DNA from: a virus
Reading direction: 5' to 3' (one strand)
IMG/VR virus record: IMGVR_UViG_3300009709_000007
Location: 1-46,787 of that record
Length of the DNA stretch: 46,787 bases
Shown: piece after piece, positions 1 through 9,293 of the stretch
How the letters are laid out: every line of letters starts with the position of its first letter
How positions within the stretch are numbered: the stretch's first letter is position 1
Translations under genes and position numbers: made by a program
The notes under the pieces: model-generated
Databases searched by the model: none
What the model was told of the DNA's origin: nothing
What the model saw: the letters and a program-made list of their open reading frames with translations, nothing else

Positions 1-123
1 TATATATACAGGTGTTTTCGCATATAGAGAAAAGTTTGAAGAATCGTCATCTGTCCTCTGTTCGTCTGTTCGTCTGTTACATTTGAAACTAATTCAAACA
101 CGCGTTTGAGACCAAAGTAGTGA
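1..123. repeat. Terminal redundancy (1-123 identical to 46665-46787); it is the right half of the AT-rich junction element
   Basis: Base-by-base comparison. Both stretches read tatatatacaggtgttttcg...gagaccaaagtagtga with no mismatch. This indicates a circular-assembly overlap or a direct terminal repeat. Confidence 0.95.
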
Positions 124-146
124 TTTTCCGACGTGTTTGGTACAGT
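118..146 (+). promoter_or_regulatory. Candidate rightward promoter of module 1: weak -35 tagtga, 17-nt spacer, -10 TACAGT ending 7 nt before ATG 154
   Basis: Hexamers and spacing read from the sequence. The same geometry occurs at 29761-29789 before ATG 29796. Neither ATG has a Shine-Dalgarno. Confidence 0.3.
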
Positions 147-153
147 CCGCGCC

Positions 154-636
154 ATGGCATCCGAGCATGACATCCAACCCATAAAGGCTTCGCTAGTCGC
201 AGACCTGGTGGGACTCATCAACATCAACTTGGCCGACCTACTGTCGATCAAGGCGATTGCATGCCCGACGTGCGACGGCGCTTGTCAGGTGGGCACGATG
301 CAGGATGAGACCTTGACCACCTGTGCTACCTGCGGCGGCGTGGGGGCGGTCGAGCAGTTTGTCTTCGATATGCCGATGCTGAAGTCGATCCGGTTCGGCC
401 GATTGATCGAGGGCTGGGACGTCAAACAGGGCCAAATCGTCCCCAAGATGCGCAGTAAAACCGCTGCCTACGCCACGTTGGTCAAGCTGTTGGGCTTCGA
501 CAAGGCTGTGCTGGAAATCGCCAACGGTGCCGATTTCGCCGAATCGCTGTCCGAAGCCCAACGTGCCGCATACGTGGAGCAGCTGAAAGAGCTAGCCGCA
601 GCGGGCGCGCTTGATCAGATGGGTAAGCGCGCATGA
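154..636 (+). CDS. terS: Putative terminase small subunit with a CxxC...CxxCxGxG zinc-finger motif
   Basis: First gene of the structural operon, upstream of terL. The C-terminal MRSKTAAYATLVKLLGF resembles small terminases (recall only). Motifs CPTCDGAC and CATCGGVG are present. I trimmed the track start GTG 133 to ATG 154 by analogy with the paralogous junction at 29796. Confidence 0.55.
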   Translation: MASEHDIQPIKASLVADLVGLININLADLLSIKAIACPTCDGACQVGTMQDETLTTCATCGGVGAVEQFVFDMPMLKSIRFGRLIEGWDVKQGQIVPKMRSKTAAYATLVKLLGFDKAVLEIANGADFAESLSEAQRAAYVEQLKELAAAGALDQMGKRA

Positions 637-678
637 GTACGTCTTTGGTGTACATTATCGGTACAACAGAGAAGCCAC

Positions 679-1329
679 ATGAACATGAACCAGAGCGGCA
701 TTTACGCAATTCGGGCGCCTTCGGGAAAGCTGTACATCGGCAGCGCAGTGAACTTCCGTCGCCGTTGGAATGGTCATCGCACGCGGTTATCCCGCGGCAC
801 CCATCACTGCCCCGGGCTGCAAGCCGCGTACGTCAAGTACGGCATCGACCGCTTGCAGTTTGAGATATTGGAAGTTGTAGCAATTGAGAACCTCATCCTC
901 GCGGAGCAGACCTTCATGGATACGTTTCGCGGATCGCTGTACAACGCTAGCCCAACCGCCGGCTCGCGCTTGGGCGTGCCGCAGTCGGAAGCTACGCGAG
1001 TGAAGATTCGTGCGGGCCAGGTGGGCCGCAAACGTTCCGACACCACGCGAGCGCGCATGTCTGCCTCACAGCTAGGCCGTCAAGTATCTGCGGAGACCCG
1101 GTTGAAAATCGGTTTCACAAGTCGGGGCCGCGCGCAATCTGAAGCTACGCGCACCAAACGCGCGCAAAAGCTCAGAGGGCGAGTGCACAAAGACAACTTG
1201 ACGGGTTTCACGGGCGTAGGCCCGTTTCGTGGACGCTATCGCGCTCGCTGGGCGAATAACCACCTCGGGCTGTTCGACACGCCCGAGGCTGCCTACGCGG
1301 CGGTCTGTGCCGCCCGGGACCGCACGTGA
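679..1329 (+). CDS. GIY-YIG homing endonuclease with NUMOD3-like repeats and an AP2-like C-terminal domain
   Basis: GIYAIRAPSGKLYIGSAVNFRRRWNGH matches the GIY...YIG...R motif. Repeats SEATRVKI, SAETRLKI and SEATRTKR are present. C-terminal FTGVGPFRGRYRARW..FDTPEAAYAA looks AP2-like. The gene is inserted between terS and terL. Confidence 0.85.
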   Translation: MNMNQSGIYAIRAPSGKLYIGSAVNFRRRWNGHRTRLSRGTHHCPGLQAAYVKYGIDRLQFEILEVVAIENLILAEQTFMDTFRGSLYNASPTAGSRLGVPQSEATRVKIRAGQVGRKRSDTTRARMSASQLGRQVSAETRLKIGFTSRGRAQSEATRTKRAQKLRGRVHKDNLTGFTGVGPFRGRYRARWANNHLGLFDTPEAAYAAVCAARDRT

Positions 1330-2810
1330 ACACGGTGGTCGAGGTCGATCCGGTGCGCTTCCTGATCGAAGCCGCGCGGACCAACTACGCCGCGTTCGTC
1401 TCGGCCGTTCACCGGCCCCGCTTCATGCACAGCGCATTCTCACTGCGCGTGTGCGCGGCGGTCGATCAGTTCGTGGAAGCGGTGATACGCGGCGAGCGCC
1501 CCGTGCTTATGCTGACGGCGCCGCCACAGCATGGTAAGAGCAGCCTCATCTCTCGCTGTCTGGGGCCCTACCTGTTCGGACGCCTTGCCGGGCAGTTAGG
1601 CAACTCGGCCGATAGCGGCGTGCGCATCGCCTGCGCCTCCTACGCCCTGTCTCTGGCTCGGCGCAACGCACGCGACGCTAAGTCGATCATGGGCGAGCCG
1701 ATCTATCGAGAAATCTTTCCGCACGCCTCCCTGATCGGCTTCAAGGGCGTGAATACCGCCGAGGCCTTCGACGTGCCAGGCGGTGGTGGCCTGCGCGGCG
1801 TCGGCGTCGGCGGCTCGCTGACGGGCTTTTCCGTAGACGTCGCCTTGGTGGATGACCCGACCAAGGATCAGCTCGAGGCACTGTCCGCAGTGACCCAGGA
1901 CAACCTCGAGGCTTGGTACGACTCGGTACTGTCCACGCGTCTCCAGGAGCGATCGGGTATCGTCATCATCGGCACGCCCTGGTCCTCCAACGACCTGCTC
2001 GCGCGCGTGCGCCGCAAACTGGAGGGCGATCCGCGCTTCCAGTTGCTATCGTTCCCGGCGCTGAACCTGCCCGATGAGATTGGCTACGACCCCGAACTGC
2101 CCGAAGGTGCGCTGGTCCCCCAGCTGCACAGCCTGACCAAACTGCGCGAGATGCAGCGCCACATGGGCGAGTTCTGGTGGTCTGCGATGTTCCAGCAGGT
2201 GCCACTGTCCGAGTTCGGCGCGATCTTCAAGCGCGACAAGCTCAAGTATTACCGCCGAGCCGAGCTACCCAAGCAGTTCGTGCGCACGATCATGTCGGTA
2301 GACGCGACCTTCAAGGACGGCGACGCCTCGGACTACGTGTTCGTGGGCGTCTGGGGCAAGACCAAGGACGAGGACGTTTACCTCATTCACTGGCGCCGCG
2401 AGAAGCTCGCCTTTATGGCGACTGCGCGTGCTATCGCGGACCTGAAGACCGACCACCCAAGCGTGTCCCGCGTCTACATTGAAGAAGCGGCGAATGGCGC
2501 CGCGCTAATCGACATGCTCAAGAAGCACTTCCCGATGCTGGAGGGCGTCAAGCCTTTGGGCTCCAAGGAGGCCCGCGCACACGCCGTATCGTGGGTGTGG
2601 GATGCTGGTAAGGTCTACCTGCCGCACCCGGACGAGACACCAGGCATCAAGCCGGTGGTCGCCGAAATCACCAGCTTCCCGGACACCACCACGGGCCACG
2701 ACGACGCGGTGGACGGCATGACTATCGCCCTTCAGCAGTTGTGCCTACGTAACCCCATTTCGGCTATGATCAGTGCCGATATCCTTCGCGCCGCCGGAGT
2801 GCGCACCTGA
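1326..2810 (+). CDS. terL: Terminase large subunit
   Basis: 494 aa. Walker A-like LTAPPQHGKSS and Walker B-like VALVDDP are present, with a nuclease-like C-terminal half. It lies directly upstream of the portal gene. The GTG start overlaps the preceding stop. Confidence 0.9.
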   Translation: MNTVVEVDPVRFLIEAARTNYAAFVSAVHRPRFMHSAFSLRVCAAVDQFVEAVIRGERPVLMLTAPPQHGKSSLISRCLGPYLFGRLAGQLGNSADSGVRIACASYALSLARRNARDAKSIMGEPIYREIFPHASLIGFKGVNTAEAFDVPGGGGLRGVGVGGSLTGFSVDVALVDDPTKDQLEALSAVTQDNLEAWYDSVLSTRLQERSGIVIIGTPWSSNDLLARVRRKLEGDPRFQLLSFPALNLPDEIGYDPELPEGALVPQLHSLTKLREMQRHMGEFWWSAMFQQVPLSEFGAIFKRDKLKYYRRAELPKQFVRTIMSVDATFKDGDASDYVFVGVWGKTKDEDVYLIHWRREKLAFMATARAIADLKTDHPSVSRVYIEEAANGAALIDMLKKHFPMLEGVKPLGSKEARAHAVSWVWDAGKVYLPHPDETPGIKPVVAEITSFPDTTTGHDDAVDGMTIALQQLCLRNPISAMISADILRAAGVRT

Positions 2811-4471
2811 TGACCGACGACAAGCCGAAGCGTTACCGCCGCACGAAGGCCCAAATGGCGGCTGATCGGGCCGAAGCCACACGGCTCGCAGGCGCGACCC
2901 CGGCTACGACGCTACCCCCTCTCGGTTCTAACGAGACGCGGCGCGCGGGCTTGGCCGCGGCCGTCCTGAATGCCCCCGCGGCCGGGCCTACGCCCAGCGT
3001 TGCCGCGGCGACGGGGTTCCACGTGGAACCCGAACACTACTCCAAGCGTGAGCGGGCGCAGGCCCATATGGCGATGGACTTCAACGGCGCCAGCATGAAC
3101 GCATTGTCGTTCGTGGAGGCTTCGGGCTGGCCCGGTTTCTCCACGCTCGCTCTCTTGGGTCAGCTGGCCGAATATCGGGTGATGCACGAGGCACTGGCCG
3201 ACGAGTGCGTGCGTAAGTGGGGCCGCGTGGTCACTTCCGGTAACTCGGACCCGCAGCGCATTCGGGACATTGAGGCCGAACTTGAGCGTCTTAACCTGAA
3301 GGCCGTGGTTCGTCAGATGGTTGTGGATGATCAGGCCTACGGCGGCGCCCATGCGTTCTTCAAGATGAAGGGCGACGATGGCGACGTGGTGAGCAAGAAA
3401 GGTCGCGAGGAGTCCGTGCGCGAGTTGCCACTGGTCGCCAAGCCGTACACGGTGCGAAAGGGCTCGTTCGAGGCCATTCGGGTCGTCGAGCCTCGCCATG
3501 TCACTCCGAACGACTACAACGCAATCGACCCGACCCGTGCGGACTTCTACAAGCCGGTCAGTTGGTGGGTGCTATCGGTCAAGGTGCACGCCTCGCGCCT
3601 GTACACGATCGTGTCGCGCCCCGTATCGGACATGTTGAAGCCGACCTACTCGTTTCGCGGCATCTCCCTGACCCAGCTGGCGATGCCCTACGTGGACAAC
3701 TGGCTGCGCACGCGTCAGAGCGTGTCAGATACCACCAAACAGTTTTCCGTATCGGGCATTCAGACCGACCTGGCCCAGCAGCTCACACCAGGCGCCGGTA
3801 CTGACCTTCAGATGCGTGCCGCGCTTATCAATGCCTACAAAGACAACCGCAACCTGTTGCTACTGGACAAGGCCACGGAAGAATTCTTTCAGGTCAACAC
3901 GCCGCTGACCGGTCTGGACGCGCTCCAGGCGCAGTCCCAGGAGCACATGTCGGCGGTGAGCCAGACACCCCTAGTCAAGCTGACCGGCATCACCCCGGCA
4001 GGTCTCAACGCCTCCAGCGACGGCGAAATTCGCGTCTGGTACGACCGCGTGGGCGGTTACTGCAAGAACGTGCTGGGACCCTTCATCGCGCGCGTGCTGG
4101 AGCTGGTCCAGCTGTCGCTGGATAGCGTCATCGACGAGCACCTGTCATGGGACTGGAACCCGCTGCACGAGCTGACCGCGCTGGAGGAGGCCGATCGCCG
4201 AGCGAAGGACGCCGACACGGCGGCCAAGTACATCGAAGCCACGGTCATCACGCCCGAGCAGGAAGCCGAACGGCTGGCGAACGATCCGACCAGCGGCTAT
4301 GCCGGCATCCTGAACAGGCCAGCGACGCCGGACGACTTCGACGACACTGACGTCCAAGGCATCGTCAACGAATTGCTTGAGCCTATGGCCGAGGAAGCTG
4401 CAAATGGAACTACGGATGCCGGGCAAGCGGTCCAAGACCCTGCCACCGATCCCGTCCAGCCACTCGGCTGA
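2810..4471 (+). CDS. Portal protein
   Basis: 553-aa ORF immediately after terL (TGATG stop/start overlap). Size and position are typical, it has an acidic C-terminus, and it resembles DUF1073-type portals by recall. Confidence 0.8.
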   Translation: MTDDKPKRYRRTKAQMAADRAEATRLAGATPATTLPPLGSNETRRAGLAAAVLNAPAAGPTPSVAAATGFHVEPEHYSKRERAQAHMAMDFNGASMNALSFVEASGWPGFSTLALLGQLAEYRVMHEALADECVRKWGRVVTSGNSDPQRIRDIEAELERLNLKAVVRQMVVDDQAYGGAHAFFKMKGDDGDVVSKKGREESVRELPLVAKPYTVRKGSFEAIRVVEPRHVTPNDYNAIDPTRADFYKPVSWWVLSVKVHASRLYTIVSRPVSDMLKPTYSFRGISLTQLAMPYVDNWLRTRQSVSDTTKQFSVSGIQTDLAQQLTPGAGTDLQMRAALINAYKDNRNLLLLDKATEEFFQVNTPLTGLDALQAQSQEHMSAVSQTPLVKLTGITPAGLNASSDGEIRVWYDRVGGYCKNVLGPFIARVLELVQLSLDSVIDEHLSWDWNPLHELTALEEADRRAKDADTAAKYIEATVITPEQEAERLANDPTSGYAGILNRPATPDDFDDTDVQGIVNELLEPMAEEAANGTTDAGQAVQDPATDPVQPLG

Positions 4472-5345
4472 AACGGCCTACCGCGAGAAGCTCCAAGCGG
4501 CCGTGCGCCTCATGACGCGCAGCTACCAGTATTGGCTGGGCGCGCGTTACCGCGAGGCGATGGACGAGAACATCGACGCCGGCATCGTCCCGGACAATGG
4601 CGACCTGGCTTCCGACGCCGCGCCGAAGTGGTCGCGCAACCGGCTGTTCAAGGAGCTGGACCGCCTGCGGAAGTACTGGGACGGGCATTTCGCCGACCTG
4701 GCCCGGAAGCTCGCCATCGATGCGACGCAGGCGCTGTACAAGGCCAACAAGACCGCGTGGGCGGCGCAGGTGCGCAAGGCGGGGTTTGATATCCCGATGC
4801 AACTCACGGCGCCACAGCAGGCTATCCTCGACTTGTCCGTGCGTGAGAACGTCTCGCTGATCAAGTCCATACCGCAGCAGTTCCACACCTCGATTGAGGG
4901 CGTCGTTGCGCGCGGCTTCGTCGCCGGTCGAGACTTGAACGCGATCGCTACGGAGATTGTCAAACACGAAGGCATCACCACGCGCCGCGCCGCGACGATT
5001 GCGCGCGATCAGGCCAACAAGCTCACCGCACAGATGAACTCGGCGCGTCAGGAACAGCTAGGGTTGAAGTGGGCCGTTTGGCGCCACTCGAGCGCAGGCA
5101 AGGAGCCACGTGCTGCGCACGTGCGCGCCAGTCGCGAGGAGTGGATTTATGACACGCAGGTAGGCATCGACTTCGGCGACGGATTTGGCTACGTGCTGCC
5201 CGGCGGGGGCGCAATTAACTGCCGCTGTGGGGGCCGCACGCTCATCCCGTCAATTGCCCGCGGGCTCACCTCGGGCAAGCAGTTCGATCCGTCCAAGCTG
5301 GTTGCCGTCCCTGGCTTCCCGGGCGCTTACAAGATGGCCGCTTAG
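4404..5345 (+). CDS. Head morphogenesis protein (SPP1 gp7 / Mu F-like)
   Basis: Follows the portal. WAVWRHSSAGKEPRAAHVRASREEWIYD and INCRCGG resemble the gp7/F family (recall). I chose ATG 4404 because gaggaa lies 7 nt upstream. TTG 4377 and ATG 4416 are alternatives. Confidence 0.7.
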   Translation: MELRMPGKRSKTLPPIPSSHSAETAYREKLQAAVRLMTRSYQYWLGARYREAMDENIDAGIVPDNGDLASDAAPKWSRNRLFKELDRLRKYWDGHFADLARKLAIDATQALYKANKTAWAAQVRKAGFDIPMQLTAPQQAILDLSVRENVSLIKSIPQQFHTSIEGVVARGFVAGRDLNAIATEIVKHEGITTRRAATIARDQANKLTAQMNSARQEQLGLKWAVWRHSSAGKEPRAAHVRASREEWIYDTQVGIDFGDGFGYVLPGGGAINCRCGGRTLIPSIARGLTSGKQFDPSKLVAVPGFPGAYKMAA

Positions 5346-5443
5346 TTACCAACAGAACCAGTAACCACAGCCCGGAGCCTTGCAGGCAACACCACCACCC
5401 CGAGACGGTGACAACTGAGCGCCACAGTCGGGGCAAGGGTCAT

Positions 5444-5644
5444 CTACTGCGTCAGCAACCGCAGGCCCTTGCATGGCTCTCTCTGCCGCCCCATCGCATA
5501 GCCCGTTGCCGAGTGCCAGAGAAGAATCGCGGCACGCTTATCCAGGGGACCGAATTCGCTGGCGACTTCAAATGCTTGGTTGAAGGCTCGCAACTCATGG
5601 CGCAGCTGTGCGGGAGATTCATCAAAAGGATACTTGTCGGACAT
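5444..5644 (-). CDS. Hypothetical small protein (accessory cassette 1)
   Basis: 66-aa minus-strand ORF, last gene of a three-gene minus cassette driven by the promoter at 6227-6255. Confidence 0.45.
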   Translation of the reverse strand: MSDKYPFDESPAQLRHELRAFNQAFEVASEFGPLDKRAAILLWHSATGYAMGRQREPCKGLRLLTQ

Positions 5645-5662
5645 GTGGGTGCCTCGGTGAGG

Positions 5663-5818
5663 TTAAAGGCGGTGCGTGAGCGCCAGCACGACGACCACGA
5701 CTAGGATCAGCAGCACGATGCTGGACGGGCCATAGCCCCAGCCCGCGCTGTAACCCCAGGTCGGCAGGCCGCCCAGCAGGGCCAGGATCAACACGACGAT
5801 CAGAATGGTCATCAACAT
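5663..5818 (-). CDS. Small membrane protein, DUF3309-like
   Basis: Hand-translated 51-aa ORF, below the track cutoff: MLMTILIVVLILALLGGLPTWGYSAGWGYGPSSIVLLILVVVVVLALTHRL. It has two hydrophobic segments around a PTWGYSxxWGYGP core, typical of DUF3309 (recall). Confidence 0.65.
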   Translation of the reverse strand: MLMTILIVVLILALLGGLPTWGYSAGWGYGPSSIVLLILVVVVVLALTHRL

Positions 5819-5874
5819 GGCTGGCGCTCCGGCGGTTTAGGTGGGCGCAGTACGCGCCGCGAAATGTGAAGACA

Positions 5875-6195
5875 CTACGCCACGTAGCCGGACATCTCGT
5901 CGAAGATACGGACAGCCTCGAACCCATCATATTCGCTGATCTCAAAGGTGTACCCTTGCGGCACCCACTCCACCGACAGCGGCACGCCGAGCGTGCACAC
6001 GTATTCCTCATTTGCCCACACCCGCTCGATCACGGCCAGCTGTGTCTCGCCAGTTTCGCCAAGTGCAGCGGCAACGAGATCGGGGCAGAAAACCGCCTCC
6101 TCGCCGAGGCATCCGTTCCAGGTAGACCATCCCGCACCGTAACCAGGTGAATATAGAACGGCAACCTTGCCGTCGCGTACAACTTTGTCCGTCAT
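5875..6195 (-). CDS. Hypothetical protein (KVAVLYSPGYGAGWSTW family)
   Basis: Start trimmed to ATG 6195 (MTDKVV), which has ggag upstream. The track start 6258 lies inside the promoter. The motifs recall a widespread uncharacterised phage/plasmid family. Confidence 0.6.
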   Translation of the reverse strand: MTDKVVRDGKVAVLYSPGYGAGWSTWNGCLGEEAVFCPDLVAAALGETGETQLAVIERVWANEEYVCTLGVPLSVEWVPQGYTFEISEYDGFEAVRIFDEMSGYVA

Positions 6196-6226
6196 TTCGA
6201 TAACTCCAGTGGGTAGGTGTAGGTCT

Positions 6227-6255
6227 ATCTTACTTACTTCTCGATTACCTGTCAA
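6227..6255 (-). promoter_or_regulatory. Sigma70-like promoter for cassette 1
   Basis: The reverse complement reads TTGACA-ggtaatcgagaagtaag(17)-TAAGAT. The spacer contains GGTAATCG, which is the family core CGATTACC in inverted orientation. Confidence 0.65.
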
Positions 6256-6303
6256 CAATGTGTTGTGTAGCAGGTCTCGCTTTGTCTACTATGCAGCAAG
6301 TCC

Positions 6304-7710
6304 GTGATAACGCCCGAATTTATGACCGACAATCGCGTCACCTTCGCCTTCGACAAAGCTAGTGCCCGCTCGCGGGACGCTGACGGTCGCATGCGCGTGA
6401 AGGACTGCGTGCTGTCCACCGCCGAAGTGAACCCTTACCGCGGCAACGAAATTCCGGGTTGGCAAGAACTCGGGTTGGACCCAAACCGCATTTACGAGCT
6501 GTACCGCGATCCAGACGAGTTAGAGAAGTCGGTCCCGACCTTTGAAGCTAACCCGATCATGGTCAAGCACATCCCCCAGACCGCGGATGAGCCGCGCAAG
6601 GAATGGATGGGCGGCGCGGTGCATTCCATCCGCTTCGAAGGCAAGCACCTACGCGGTGACTTGCTAGTCATGGATGGTAAGGCTATCGAGCTGATCGAGT
6701 CGGGTGAACTGGCGGACCTCTCGTGCGGTTACCGCTATACGCCGGACATGACCCCGCGCACCGTCAATGGCCGTGAGGTTGATGGTACGATGCGCAATAT
6801 TCAGGGCAACCATGTTGCCCTGGTGGACGACGGTCGCGCGAGTGGGGCGCATGTGGCCGACCGTGCTTTGCAAGACCCCCAATCGCTTACCTGTGGAGAC
6901 ATGGCAATGACCGATATCACCAAGCCGGCCGTCCCGGCAACGCCGGCCGCGCCCGCGGCCGACGCCAATCCGCCCGCTGCGGCTGCTCCGGCTGCGGCTC
7001 CTGCTGCACCCGCCGCGCCCGCGGCTGATCCCAACCTGGCCTCCATTGGCGAGGGCTTGAAGCACATCGCGACCATGCTTCAGAGCATGATGGAAGGCAT
7101 GCCGAAGGCTGAACCCAAGCCCGAAGAAGCTGCGCCTGCGCAGGACAAGGCGGATGGCGATCCGACCGAGAATGGCAATCCGTATGACGACGCCACGGGT
7201 GGTGCGATGGACCTGGAACTCCAAGAAACCGTGCCCAACTCAGGCGGCCTGAACGCCAGCGATGATGTCGACCCGCTGGCCGCCCCGGGCGAGACTGAAC
7301 TGCCGCGCCAGGCGCGCCAGGAAGGCACGACCGCGCGCGGTAATGCGTCGCCGGTAGGTGCGATGGACGCGGCGACGGTGCAACGCCACGTGGCTTCGGC
7401 GGTCGCCGCTGAACGGCGCCGGGCGCATGAAGTGGACGAAGCCAAGCGCGCGGTACGCGGCGTGCTGGGCGATGTGTACGGCATGGACAACGCCGGCCAG
7501 ATTTACCGCGAAGCACTCAAGGCGCAGGGCATCGACACCAGCGGCATCCCCCGCGGCATGGCGAAGCTGGCTTGGCAGTCACACGTGCAGACGGTTACCC
7601 AGTCCCGCGGTGCGCGTTCGCAGTCGGACATGGCGATGGACGCCGACGCGATCGGCCAGACGCAGAAAGACTTGCTTGCCACCCTCGGCAGCATCAAGAC
7701 CCTCGGCTAA
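6304..7710 (+). CDS. Putative head scaffolding/maturation protein (DUF2213-like) with an Ala/Pro-rich linker
   Basis: Lies between the morphogenesis and capsid genes. N-terminal motifs (NPIMVKH, LSCGYRY, GNHVALV) resemble DUF2213 by recall. A low-complexity PAAPAA linker is present. ATG 6322 is an alternative start. Confidence 0.55.
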   Translation: MITPEFMTDNRVTFAFDKASARSRDADGRMRVKDCVLSTAEVNPYRGNEIPGWQELGLDPNRIYELYRDPDELEKSVPTFEANPIMVKHIPQTADEPRKEWMGGAVHSIRFEGKHLRGDLLVMDGKAIELIESGELADLSCGYRYTPDMTPRTVNGREVDGTMRNIQGNHVALVDDGRASGAHVADRALQDPQSLTCGDMAMTDITKPAVPATPAAPAADANPPAAAAPAAAPAAPAAPAADPNLASIGEGLKHIATMLQSMMEGMPKAEPKPEEAAPAQDKADGDPTENGNPYDDATGGAMDLELQETVPNSGGLNASDDVDPLAAPGETELPRQARQEGTTARGNASPVGAMDAATVQRHVASAVAAERRRAHEVDEAKRAVRGVLGDVYGMDNAGQIYREALKAQGIDTSGIPRGMAKLAWQSHVQTVTQSRGARSQSDMAMDADAIGQTQKDLLATLGSIKTLG

Positions 7711-7725
7711 TCGGAGAACACTACC

Positions 7726-8232
7726 ATGTTCCAGAATCAGGTTTACATCACTCCGGCCGTGGCCGTCCCGGGCGATTTCGCCTCCACTAACTACGGCATC
7801 TACAAGGTGTCCAGCACCGGCAAGATGGTCGCCGACGCGGCTGGCGTCACCGTGGGTCGCTTCTGCGTCCTCAACGCTGACGGTACCGTGACCTCCATCC
7901 CGGGCGCAGCCCCGACTGGCGGTCTGTCGCGTATCGGTTTCGTGTCGCGCAGCTTCGGTGTCGCGCAGATCACCACGTACCTGGACGAGTACGGCAACAC
8001 GATCCAGGTCGGGCAGCCGGTCCCGGCGTGGGGCGCGGGCGACTGGTTTGTCAATGTGGATGCCATCACCGGCACGCCGTCTCGCGGTGCCGCCGTTCTG
8101 TGGGACACCACTACCGGCCTCATCAATATTGGCGGCACGGCCACGGCCACGCTGATCGACACTGGCTACGAGATGCTCAGCGAGTCGGCCACGGTCGGCA
8201 CCACTGTCATCATTTCCAACCTCGGCGCGTAA
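7726..8232 (+). CDS. Putative head decoration/cement protein
   Basis: 168 aa, with ggaga RBS, immediately upstream of the major capsid gene. The composition is beta-rich and Gly/Thr-rich. Confidence 0.45.
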   Translation: MFQNQVYITPAVAVPGDFASTNYGIYKVSSTGKMVADAAGVTVGRFCVLNADGTVTSIPGAAPTGGLSRIGFVSRSFGVAQITTYLDEYGNTIQVGQPVPAWGAGDWFVNVDAITGTPSRGAAVLWDTTTGLINIGGTATATLIDTGYEMLSESATVGTTVIISNLGA

Positions 8233-8250
8233 GCGAACAGGAGCACAGCA

Positions 8251-9258
8251 ATGAACGATCGTCAGCTTATCGCGTCGTTGGCTAACAAGGGCGTCATTCT
8301 GCCCTCGTCGGTCAGCAACATTTCCATCCCGGCAGACCAGTACGCCATGGACGCCGCGTCCCTGGCCCCGACGCTGGTCACCAATGCCAACTCGGGCATT
8401 CCGTCGTTCCTTACCACCTTCGTCGATCCGAAGGTGATCAAGGTCCTGGTCGCCCCCATGGCCGCCGTCGAACTCGTTGGCGAAGCCAAGAAGGGCGACT
8501 GGACCACGCTCAACGCCGCATTCATCGTGGCCGAGCCGCTGACCCGTGTCGCTACCTATGGCGATTACAGCAACGACGGCACGTCCAACACGAACGTGAA
8601 CTACCCGGAGCGCCAGTCCTACTTCTTCCAGACGTGGACCCGTTGGGGCGAGCGTGAACTCGAAATGGCCGGTGCCGGCCGTATCGACCTGGCGGCGCAG
8701 CTGGACTACGCTTCGGCCCTTGGCCTGGCGAAGTTCTTGAACCAGTCCTACCTGTTCGGCGTAGCCGGTCTGCGTAACTACGGCCTCATGAACGACCCGC
8801 GCCTTCCGGCTCCAGTCGCCGGTACGGTCAACTGGGCGACGGCCGCTCCGGAAGCCATCTTCAACGACATCGTGGACACCTTCACGCAGTTGCTGTCGCA
8901 GTCGCAGGGCCTCATCAAGCAGAGTGACGAGCTGACCCTGGGCCTGCCCCCGACCGCCGTGGGTAACTACAACCGTACCAACTCGTACGGCCTGTCGGCG
9001 GCGAAGCTGCTCAAGGATGCCTTCCCGCGCATCCGCATCGTGGAAGTGCCGGAGTTCGACACGGCCACCGGTCGTCTCATGCAGATGTGGGCGCCGGAAG
9101 TTGAGGGCCAGCAGACCGCGACCTGCGCGTTCACCGAGAAGATGCGCGCCCACGCCGTGGAACGTTACAGCTCCTACTTCCGTCAGAAGAAGTCGGCCGG
9201 TACCTGGGGTGCGGTGATCTTCCAGCCGCTCGCCGTAGCGCAGAAACTGGGCATCTGA
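8251..9258 (+). CDS. Major capsid protein
   Basis: 335 aa with a strong aggag RBS. Its position after the scaffold/decoration genes and a strong terminator just downstream fit a capsid gene. It resembles DUF2184-type capsid proteins by recall. Confidence 0.75.
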   Translation: MNDRQLIASLANKGVILPSSVSNISIPADQYAMDAASLAPTLVTNANSGIPSFLTTFVDPKVIKVLVAPMAAVELVGEAKKGDWTTLNAAFIVAEPLTRVATYGDYSNDGTSNTNVNYPERQSYFFQTWTRWGERELEMAGAGRIDLAAQLDYASALGLAKFLNQSYLFGVAGLRNYGLMNDPRLPAPVAGTVNWATAAPEAIFNDIVDTFTQLLSQSQGLIKQSDELTLGLPPTAVGNYNRTNSYGLSAAKLLKDAFPRIRIVEVPEFDTATGRLMQMWAPEVEGQQTATCAFTEKMRAHAVERYSSYFRQKKSAGTWGAVIFQPLAVAQKLGI

Positions 9259-9293
9259 CCTTGGATCGGGGCACGACTGACTGCTAGACCGAA

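Noticed and set aside
133-153. GTG 133 as the terS start (ORF-track start)
   Set aside because: It would place the start inside the candidate promoter and add MFGTVRA. ATG 154 has the same distance and context (gcgccATGg) as ATG 29796 at the paralogous junction. This remains uncertain without N-terminal data.
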